Below, in pieces: positions 48,185-57,000 of a DNA stretch of 59,469 nucleotides; position 1 is the first letter of the stretch; every line of letters begins with the position of its first letter. The DNA comes from Pedosphaera sp. (GTDB taxonomy: Bacteria > Verrucomicrobiota > Verrucomicrobiia > Limisphaerales > SIBH01). Under the pieces are notes generated by a model. It had not been told where the DNA came from, made no database searches, and saw only the letters and a program-made list of their open reading frames with translations. Both the position numbers and the translations under genes were made by a program. The DNA is taken from assembly GCA_031414955.1 (NCBI GenBank), contig JANOQV010000036.1, positions 1-59,469 on the forward strand, in the 5' to 3' direction.

Positions 48185-51100
48185 TTACTGAGGCGTCACC
48201 TCGAGGGTTTCCGCGCGAGTGTGCGGGGCGTCCTCCATTTCGTCCACGGTCGGGCCGGGCGGCGGCGGCACGAGGTCTTTCTCGTGGGTCGTGGTGGTGC
48301 TGGTCACGGCTGGAAGCTCGGTGACCTTGTGGAATTTCACGCTCACGATCTTGCTGATGCCGTGCTCCTGCATGGTCACGCCGTAGAGCACGTCGGCCAT
48401 GCCGATGGTGCGCTTGTTGTGGGTGATGATGATGAATTGCGAGTGCTCGATGAAGCGCTGGAGCACGCGGATGAAGCGGTTGATGTTCGACTCGTCGAGC
48501 GGCGCGTCCAGCTCGTCCAGCACGCAGAAGGGGCTGGGCTTCACCTGATAGATGGAGAAGAGCAGGGCGACGGCGGTCATGGTCTGCTCGCCGCCGGAGA
48601 GGAGCGAGATGCTCTGGAGCTGCTTGCCGGGCGGGCGGGCCACGATGTCGATGCCGGATTCGAGCACGTCGTTCTCGTCGGTGAGGATGAGATCGGCTTT
48701 GCCGCCCCCGAAGACCTCGATGAACATGTTGCGGAAGTTGTCCCGGATTTGCAGGAAAGTCTGCATGAACATCTCCTTGGTCTGGGTGTTGATGCGATTG
48801 ATGACCTCGGCCAGCTCGGCCTTGGCCCGGACCAGATCGTCGTACTGCGTGCTGAGGAAGGTGTGGCGCTGCTCGGTCTCCTCGTATTCCTCGATGGCCA
48901 CGAGATTGACCGGGCCCATTTCGTCGATGCGTTTCTGCATCTCGCCGACCTGCGTGGTGATGACGTCCCAATCAGTGCCCGCGCCGCTGGCAGCCATCTC
49001 CTCGGGTGAAAGCGTCTGCACCTTGGCCTGGCCTTCGTCGGCGTAGGTGATGGTGATGCACTCGCTGCGGATGTCGTCGAGGTTGACCTGATACTTCTGC
49101 TGAATGCGCTCGCGCAAATTCTGCACGCTCATGTGGCGCTGGGCGAGTTCGACATCCACGGTGCCGCGCTGCTGCTGGAGCGAAGTGAGGCGCCCGCGCT
49201 GGCCGCGAAGATTTTCCTCACGCGTGGCGACATCGGCATCGACACCGCTCTTTTCCTCGACGAGTTCGGCGGTCTGGGCATTGACGATGTCGCGCTCGTG
49301 CGAGAGGCGTTCGGTCTGGCGGCGGGAGTCTTCGTTCTCGGACTCGGCCTGCTCCTTGCGCTTGAGGCAGGAACTGATCTCGCCGCGACGCTGGAGAGCA
49401 AGCGCGGTGAGTTCGGTGATGCGCTGTTGCAGCGGACCGCGTTGGCTGGTGAACGAGGCGGCAAGCTGCTCATCCGTGGCGAGGGCGACTTTGGATTCGG
49501 TGAGCGCCGCCGTGGCGGTGTCGCGATGCTCGCGGAGGGTGTCGAGGCCGGCGCCGAGTTCGGTCACGAGGTCCTGGGCAGCCTTCTCGCGCAACTCGCT
49601 CTCGGTGACTTGCGCGGCGAGGGCGGCGCGCTTGTCGTTTCCTTCCTTCTCCTGCGAGGCGAGGCTCTGAATTTCGTAAACGACGGTGTCGATCTTCTGG
49701 TGCAGGACGCGCAGGGAGTTTTGCAGCGCCTTAAACTCGCCTTCATGCGTGGCGATAGCGACTTCCTGGGCGCGCAGTTCGGTCTGGGCTTCCTGCAAAC
49801 TGGCCAGCAACGCGGTCTGTTCGCCTTGCAACGCGCCCTTGCCCCGGCTGATTTCACTGACCTGATCCTGCAACGTCGCGAGCTGCGACTGGAGTTCCTT
49901 GATTTGATTCTTGCGCCCGAGGATGGACGACGGCGCCTTGCCATTGTTGCCGTTGGTCGAACCGCCGGTATAGATGCCGTGGCGGCTGAGCATTTCGCCG
50001 CTGCGCGTGACGTAATCAAACGCACCATTGGTCGCGCGCCACGCACTGGTCGCCGCCGCGAGATCGGGAACGATGATGAGTTGGCCCAGCAACGCGTTGA
50101 TGAGCGGACGAATGGAGTCATCGGCCTCGATGACCGTGAGCGCAAGCGTGCCGTCGAGATCTTGCGGCAACTCAGCGCCAGCACCACCGGGGGCGGGCTG
50201 CAAGCCGAGCGAGGCGATGCTGGCCCGGCCCTGCTTGTTTGCGGCGAGACCGGCGAGAATTTCCTGCGCGGACTCCGGCTGCTCGGTGAGCACCAACTGC
50301 AAGTGATGCCCGAGCGCGGATTCGACTGCGGTCACAAATTCATCCGGCACACGAATCTTGTCCGTGAGCGAGCCAAGCACGGACTTGGATTGCTTGAGCG
50401 CCGCCAGCGCGCCGGCGCCGAAACCTTCGTGCGATTCCTGCAACTGTTCGAGCACGTTCAGACGCGACTTCTTCTCCGCCTGCTGCCGCACGACGACATC
50501 CAACTCCTGTCCAATGCGATTCAACTCCGACTGAATCTCCTTCAGTCGCGCCTGGCGCTCTTCGACTGTGCCGCGGCTGGTGGCGACGTTGAGCTTCTCC
50601 GTCTCGACGTTGGCCGCGAACTCCTGCAAGCGCGCTTCGAGCCGCGTGCGTTCTTCCTCGAGCTGAATCTTCTCGGCCGAAAGCTTTTCCAGCCGGATGA
50701 CGTTGCCCTGCTTTTGCAAGTCGAGCGCGTTGATTTCATTGCGCACGCGCGTGAGCTGCTGCGCGGCGGCGAAGGAATCGGACTGCGCGCGGCGCATGGC
50801 GTCCTGCTTGGCGATCAGTTCCTGCTCCACGCCCTGCAAGGCGTCGCGCTTCTGCTGGAGCGCGCGACGATGCTCTTCGAGCGCGGCGTTCACCCCGGTG
50901 AGCTTCTCGGTGACGACGGCGAGTTCTTCCGTGGCGGCGCGGGTGCGCTCCTCGGCTTCGGAGATGTCGCTGAGCGCGCGGGCGTTCTGCTGTTCGAGTT
51001 CGCGCAGGCGTTCCTCGTTGAAATGAATGCGGCTCTCGTGTCGATCACACTGGCCCTTGAGTTCCATGCCCTTCTGCTGCGAAACCGCGATTTGCTCCTC

Positions 51101-51955
51101 AAGTTCCGAGAGGCGGCTGCGGAGCTGGAGGATTTCATCCTCCGCCTGCAACACGCTCGCGGAGCAGATCTCCATGTCCATGCGCAAGCGCTCGGCCGTG
51201 CTGGTGCGTTCGGCGATCTCCGCTTGCAACACGTCGAACTGATGACGCGCGAGCTGGGTTTCGAGATGGCGCAACTCATCGGCGATTTGCTTGTAGCGGC
51301 GTGCCTTGCCGGCCTGGCGTTGGAGCGAACCGATCTGCCGCTTCACCTCGCGGATCAAATCCTGGATGCGCAGGAGATTCTGCTCGGTGTATTCCAGTTT
51401 GCGCAGCGCCTCGCGCTTCTGGGACTTGAACTTGGTGATGCCCGCCGCTTCCTCGAAAACCAGCCGCCGGTCGTCCGGCTTGCTGGAGAGAATCTGCGTG
51501 ATGTTGCCCTGGGCCATGATCGAGTAGCTCGTCTTGCCCATGCCCGTGCCCATGAAGAACTGCTGGATGTCCTTGAGGCGGCACGGCGCCTTGTTGATGA
51601 AGTACTCGCTCCCGCCATCGCGGAAGACCCGGCGCGTGACGGTGACCTCGTTATAGGACATCTCGACGCCGGCGGCGCGCAGGTGTTCCTCGTCCACGCC
51701 GCCGATGGTCAGGGAGACCTCAGCCATGCCGAGCGGCTTGCGGCCATCGGTGCCATTGAAAATCACGTCGGCCATCTCGCCGCCACGCAGCGCCTTGGCC
51801 GATTGTTCACCCAGTACCCAACGGATAGCGTCGGAGACATTGGACTTGCCACACCCATTGGGGCCGACGATGGCGGCGACGCCGGGTTGGAAATTGAGGG
51901 ACGTCTTATCGGCAAACGACTTGAAGCCGAACATCGTTAGATTCTTGAGATACAT
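48185..51955 (-). CDS. smc: chromosome segregation protein SMC
   Basis: GFKSFA, GPNGCGKSN, EEAAGI, coiled coils with hinge, GPVNL, LSGGE, CVLDELDAPLDE, ITHNK. Confidence 0.98.
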   Translation of the reverse strand: MYLKNLTMFGFKSFADKTSLNFQPGVAAIVGPNGCGKSNVSDAIRWVLGEQSAKALRGGEMADVIFNGTDGRKPLGMAEVSLTIGGVDEEHLRAAGVEMSYNEVTVTRRVFRDGGSEYFINKAPCRLKDIQQFFMGTGMGKTSYSIMAQGNITQILSSKPDDRRLVFEEAAGITKFKSQKREALRKLEYTEQNLLRIQDLIREVKRQIGSLQRQAGKARRYKQIADELRHLETQLARHQFDVLQAEIAERTSTAERLRMDMEICSASVLQAEDEILQLRSRLSELEEQIAVSQQKGMELKGQCDRHESRIHFNEERLRELEQQNARALSDISEAEERTRAATEELAVVTEKLTGVNAALEEHRRALQQKRDALQGVEQELIAKQDAMRRAQSDSFAAAQQLTRVRNEINALDLQKQGNVIRLEKLSAEKIQLEEERTRLEARLQEFAANVETEKLNVATSRGTVEERQARLKEIQSELNRIGQELDVVVRQQAEKKSRLNVLEQLQESHEGFGAGALAALKQSKSVLGSLTDKIRVPDEFVTAVESALGHHLQLVLTEQPESAQEILAGLAANKQGRASIASLGLQPAPGGAGAELPQDLDGTLALTVIEADDSIRPLINALLGQLIIVPDLAAATSAWRATNGAFDYVTRSGEMLSRHGIYTGGSTNGNNGKAPSSILGRKNQIKELQSQLATLQDQVSEISRGKGALQGEQTALLASLQEAQTELRAQEVAIATHEGEFKALQNSLRVLHQKIDTVVYEIQSLASQEKEGNDKRAALAAQVTESELREKAAQDLVTELGAGLDTLREHRDTATAALTESKVALATDEQLAASFTSQRGPLQQRITELTALALQRRGEISSCLKRKEQAESENEDSRRQTERLSHERDIVNAQTAELVEEKSGVDADVATREENLRGQRGRLTSLQQQRGTVDVELAQRHMSVQNLRERIQQKYQVNLDDIRSECITITYADEGQAKVQTLSPEEMAASGAGTDWDVITTQVGEMQKRIDEMGPVNLVAIEEYEETEQRHTFLSTQYDDLVRAKAELAEVINRINTQTKEMFMQTFLQIRDNFRNMFIEVFGGGKADLILTDENDVLESGIDIVARPPGKQLQSISLLSGGEQTMTAVALLFSIYQVKPSPFCVLDELDAPLDESNINRFIRVLQRFIEHSQFIIITHNKRTIGMADVLYGVTMQEHGISKIVSVKFHKVTELPAVTSTTTTHEKDLVPPPPGPTVDEMEDAPHTRAETLEVTPQ

Positions 51956-51960
51956 TCCGG

Positions 51961-52018
51961 TGCCTACAAATAGTGTTCTTTACCAGCGTGTAAAGCCGAA
52001 TCCTACCACATATGGTAG
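51961..52018. promoter_or_regulatory. tandem NrdR-box-like sites upstream of smc
   Basis: TGCCTACAAATAGTGT (51961-76) and CTACCACATATGGTAG (52003-18) fit acaCwAtATaTwGtgt; starts 42 bp apart. Confidence 0.55.
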
Positions 52019-52281
52019 GAAGTTGTTCACACTGGCTACTACCAACTTGAGGAACCGAATCGGCGAGCCGTGGGTTCAGACGGGGCAAACTGGGAAATTG
52101 CTCAAAATTCGGGGAAAGTTTTCAGAGCAGGAGCGATAACGGAAAGGAAAGGAATGGCGATCGCTGTTTGGTAAACCCCGGGGCAATCAAAAGTGCGCTC
52201 TGAGTTCGGGAGGTCGCCGCATCGGGTCGCAGCGCCACAAACGCCAAAGTTTCCGCTCAGTTCATTCCGCACGGAGCCGCT

Positions 52282-53535
52282 TCACTCAATCCGATACAAA
52301 TCCGTCTTCGTGCGGAGAATCAGCGCGTTGTCGGTGACGGCGGGGGAGGACATGAAGCCGCTGGCCAGCGTGTTCTCAGCCAGCTTCTTGAACTCACGAC
52401 CGGGGGCGATGACGGTTCCTTTCCCTTCCTCGTTGAAGAAGTAAATGTTGCCACCGGCCAGAATGGGCGAGGCCGAATAGTTGCCGCCGACGCGTTCGGA
52501 CCAGACGACCGCACCTGACTTCGCCTCCAGGCAAGTGGCCACACCGCCGTCGTTGACCAGGTAGAGCAATTCGCCCGCAAGCAGAAGCGAGGGCTTCTTC
52601 GGCGCGGCCTTGGTCACACGCCACGCGCTGTGCGACGCGGTCACATCGCCGCGACCGCCGGGCTTCACGGCCAGTACCTGACCTTGCGACCAGCCCGTGG
52701 GGAAAAAGATCAGCCCATGTCCGATGACCGGGCGGGTGCCGCCGGAATGGCTGCTCCGCTCCTCGACGCGCCAGAATTCCTCGCCCGTGAGCGGGTCGTA
52801 GCCGTAGGCCGCGTTCGCGCCCTGGCTGATGAGCAGCGGCTTGCCATCCATCACCGCGACGTGCGGCGTGGCGAAAGCCTTGCGGAAATCGCCCTCGGCC
52901 TTCGGTTTGCCGTCCGGGCCGAGATCCTTGAAGTCAATCGAGCGATCCTTCCTCCAGACCGTTTTGCCGGTCTTCTTGTCGAGCGCGATGATGAACTGCG
53001 CATCGCTCCCGTCGAAATTCATGATCAGCAAGTCGCCGTGGAGAATCGGCGACGAGCCCGCGCCGCGATAATGATTGCACGCGATATCGCGCCGTTCCCA
53101 AAGCACCTGGCCGGTCTCCGTGTCCAGGCAGGCCGTGCCGGGTGAGCCGAACGTGACGTAAATGCGCCCCGCTTCCATGACCGGCGTGGGCGAGGCCGGC
53201 GAGTTGAAGGCATGATGAAACTGCGGCCGTTCGACCTCGAAGAGCTTGATGTCGCGCAGGACTTTCCCCGTGTCCGCATCGACACACACGGCAAAAAGCT
53301 GTTTAGCTTCGGACGTGGCTGTGGTCAGCCAGATCTGTTTCCCCCAGATCACGGGCGAGGACCAGCCGCGTCCGTGAATCGGCGTCTTCCACTTCACGTT
53401 GTTCGTCTCGCTCCACGTCACCGGCACCGGGCGGGAATCAGCGTGGCCATTGCCGTTCGGCCCACGAAATTGAGGCCAATCGGACGCCCCAGCCACGGAA
53501 CAAAGCACGAGTGGGAGCAGGTTCAGGATGCGCAT
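52282..53535 (-). CDS. secreted PQQ-binding-like beta-propeller (BamB-like) protein
   Basis: Signal peptide, DWPQFRGP, WSSPVI, repeated D..TG..W, ASP/SSP motifs. Confidence 0.9.
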   Translation of the reverse strand: MRILNLLPLVLCSVAGASDWPQFRGPNGNGHADSRPVPVTWSETNNVKWKTPIHGRGWSSPVIWGKQIWLTTATSEAKQLFAVCVDADTGKVLRDIKLFEVERPQFHHAFNSPASPTPVMEAGRIYVTFGSPGTACLDTETGQVLWERRDIACNHYRGAGSSPILHGDLLIMNFDGSDAQFIIALDKKTGKTVWRKDRSIDFKDLGPDGKPKAEGDFRKAFATPHVAVMDGKPLLISQGANAAYGYDPLTGEEFWRVEERSSHSGGTRPVIGHGLIFFPTGWSQGQVLAVKPGGRGDVTASHSAWRVTKAAPKKPSLLLAGELLYLVNDGGVATCLEAKSGAVVWSERVGGNYSASPILAGGNIYFFNEEGKGTVIAPGREFKKLAENTLASGFMSSPAVTDNALILRTKTDLYRIE

Positions 53536-53867
53536 GGGGAAGAAATCCCATGAGGCGCAACCGGGGGCAAGCCCTCCTTTCACGCGGCCACGATCGAGGA
53601 ACGCGAAGTCGGCGCGGCTCAGTCGCGGTCCGCCCTTCCGAGGCTGGCAGATCAGTGGCTTTCAGACATGATGCTCACATCCGCTTTTGAACGGTCGTGC
53701 GGTGCAAGATGAGGGCCTGGAAGCTTGTGAGCCTGAACTGGAGCCTCCGACCAACGCCCCCCGACATCCCAGCGCGGTTGGCCGAACCGCGCGAAAGCCG
53801 GCTCTTGGGTTTGGCCACAACGCTGCACCGCTCGTGGCGCGCCGCCCGTCAGGAAGCCTCCCGCTGG

Positions 53868-53966
53868 CCCGGGGGCAGCCACGTCCGCGCGCACGACGCC
53901 TTGGGGAAAAACCCAGCACCTCGCCATGCTCCACATTGCTGCGCCCGAGGACGGGCGCACTCCGGG
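53868..53966. repeat. REP doublet of the MITE-B cargo family, without MITE ends
   Basis: Intact arm TGCTGCGCCCGAGGACGGGCGCACTCCGG, spacer TTGGGGAAAAACCC, degraded second arm; no GAGCCTGTCTGAAAA flank. Confidence 0.7.
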
Positions 53967-54050
53967 CCCGCCACGATCAATCCCACCCAGACTCATCGCC
54001 CGACTGGACAATCCGCCGCTGATGCAGCATCGTCCTCGCGACCCAAACTC

Positions 54051-57000
54051 ATGAAACCAAACTCCCCTGCCCTGCTCTCGTGGTGTGCCCTGTGGCTTTG
54101 CGCCAGTCTCATGGCCCGCGCGGCCATCTGCAACCCGGTCGTCCTCCCGGCTCAGGATCAGGGCTGGTATGACTCGAACGGCCACCACGACGCCGGCAAC
54201 GACAACTATTTTTGCGGCGACGGCGTGGCGGCGGCTCCCTTGCGCAACTGGTTCGTCTTCAACATTCCACTGCTCTCGCAACCAGTGACTTCGGCCGAGC
54301 TGCGGGTCAACACCTTCGGCATCAACACTCCGACCGGAAGCGAGACCTATGAGCTGCGCGAGGTGACGACTCCTGCGGGCGGTCTGATGGCTGGCGGCAG
54401 CGGGTTGACCAGCATCTTCGACGATCTGGGCGATGGCCCGGTGTATGGCAGCCAGATCGTCTTGAGCGGTGCCGCCAACAATTACATCACGATTCCGTTG
54501 AACGCCGCGTTTATCTCGAACCTCACGGCGGCGGCAGGCGGAACCATCTCCGTGGGCGGGCAACTGACCTCGCTGGATGGCCTGAACAACAACGAGTATC
54601 TCTTCGGCAGTTCCGGGGCCGGCAGTCCCTCGAACCGCTCGGTTCAGTTGCACCTGACCTATTCCAACGGCAACGCCTTAACCTTCGTGCTCCAACCGAA
54701 CAGCCAATCGGTGATTGCCGGCGGCACGGCCAGTTTCGCGGTGCAGGTTTGCGGCGGAGGATCGCCCTCTTATCAATGGCAACGGTTCGGCACCAATCTG
54801 CCGGGCGCGACCAGCCCGCAGTTGCAAATGCCCGGCGTTTTGACGTCGCAGGCCGGCCCGTATCGCGCGGTGGTGACGGATGGACTGACCACGGTGACGA
54901 GCCTCGTGGCCAACCTCTCGGTCAGCAACGGCGTGGCCCCCACGGGCAGCATCTACATCTGCACCGGGCAGTCGCCGGCGGAGGCCGGATCGACAGTGGG
55001 TTTCTGCGCCCAGATCACCGGCCTGCTCACGCCCACCTGGCAATGGCGGCACAACGGAACCAATCTGCCGGGGCAGGTCAGCCCCAGCCTCTACCTCTAC
55101 GAGGTGCGGACGAATCAGAGTGGCAACTACACGCTGGTCGCGAGCAACCTGGCCGGCGTCTTCACCAGCGCGCCCATCGCCCTGGTCGTGATTCAGATTG
55201 CGCCCTCCGGGTTCATTTATCTGGCGGGCGGATCCGCCACGCCGCCCGCCGAATCGACGGTGACGCTGTGCGCATCCATTTCTGGCGGGCCGTTCCCGGC
55301 GCTCCAGTGGCAGTTCAACAGCACGAACCTGCCGGGCCAGACCGGCTCGTGCCTGTATCTCTCAAATTTGCAATCGAACCAGAGCGGCCTCTACCGGCTG
55401 GTCGCGAGCAACGCGGCCGGCGCGTTCACCAGCGCGCCCATTGCCCTGGCCGTACAGTATTCGGCACCCAGCGGGTACATCTATGTTTCCAACGGTGGAA
55501 CCAATCCCCTGGTCGATTCCTATGTGCTGATCTATTCCTCAATTTCGGCCGCGCCCGCCCCGGTCTATCAGTGGCAGTTGAACGGCACCAACCTGGTGGG
55601 AGAGAACTACTATTACCTCCAGATGTTCAACGTGACGTCGAACCAGAACGGCCTCTACCGGGTGGTCGCGAACAATATCCTGGGCGGCTTCACCAGCGCG
55701 CCCATTGCCTTGACCGTGCGCTACCAGGCGCCCACCGGCAGTATTTATCTGGCCACGGGCACCTCGCCCGCCCCGGCGGGTTCGACCGTGGGTTACTGCT
55801 CCTCGATTGTTGCCGCGCCTGCGGCGGCGCTCCAGTGGCAGCGCGACGGCGTGAATCTGCCGGGCGAGACCAGTTCTTGTCTCTGGCTCTACGGCGTGAC
55901 ATCGAACGAGGCCGGGCTGTACCGGTTGGTGGCGAGCAACACCATAGGCGCATTTACCAGCGCGCCCATCGCCCTGGCGGTCAATTACTTCGCCCCCACC
56001 GGCAGCATTTACGTATCCTACGTCTCGAACCCTGCCCCCGCTGGTTCGTCGCCCTCCCTTTGCAGTTCGATGGTGGGCGCGCCGCCGGCCTCTACTTTCC
56101 AATGGCAGTTCCACGGCACCAACCTGCCGGGAGCAACCAACGGCTGCCTCAATTTGTTCAACGTGACCTCGAACGAGGCCGGCAGCTACCGACTCATCGC
56201 CGGCAACAGCGTCGGCACCGGGACCAGCGCACCCGTCGTGCTGGCGGTGAACTACGCCGCGCCCACGGCGTCGATCTTCCTGAGCTACGGACGCGTGCCC
56301 ACGACCGTCGGCAACGGCGTGACCCTTTGTTCTTATCTGTCTGGAGCGCCCTACCCGGCGGTGCAATGGCAGTTCCACGGCACCAACCTGCCGGGGCAGA
56401 CTGCCTCCTGTCTCTACCTCTCCAACTTGCAGACCAACCAGAGTGGCCCCTACACCATCGTGGCCAGCAACAGCCTCGGGGTCGTGACCAGCGCGGTGGC
56501 GGTGCTCACCGTCCTCCCGCCGCAACCCTTGCTGGCTTACCTCTCGACCGGCCTCTCCCCGCTGCTGGTCGGCAGCTATCATTATCTTTACGCGGAAACA
56601 CAACTCCCCGGTTTGGTCTCGCTCCAGTGGCGCCTCAACGGCGTGGACCTGCCGGGATTCGGGAGCTACGTCTTCTACCTTTACCCGGTGCAGACCAGTT
56701 CCGCCGGCACGTACACTGTGGTGGCCACGACCGCCACTTCCGGCAGCTACACCAGCCCGCCCGTGGTGGTGGAGGTTTATTTCGCGCCGCCCACCTCGGC
56801 CAGCCCGCAGTTCTTCATCGGCCAGGCCGAGGCCCTGCTCGGGGAAGACATCGGCCTCTCCGCCGCCTACGCCGGCAGTCCCGCCGTGATCCAGTGGCGC
56901 TTCAACGGCGCGAACCTGCCCGGCCAGACCAACTCCACCTTGAATCTGCTCGGCCTCACCACCAATCAAGCGGGCCAGTATTCCTTCACCGCCATCAATC

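Noticed and set aside
53697..54050. N-terminal extension of the 1840-aa ORF
   Set aside because: It reads through a REP element; the signal peptide starts at 54051
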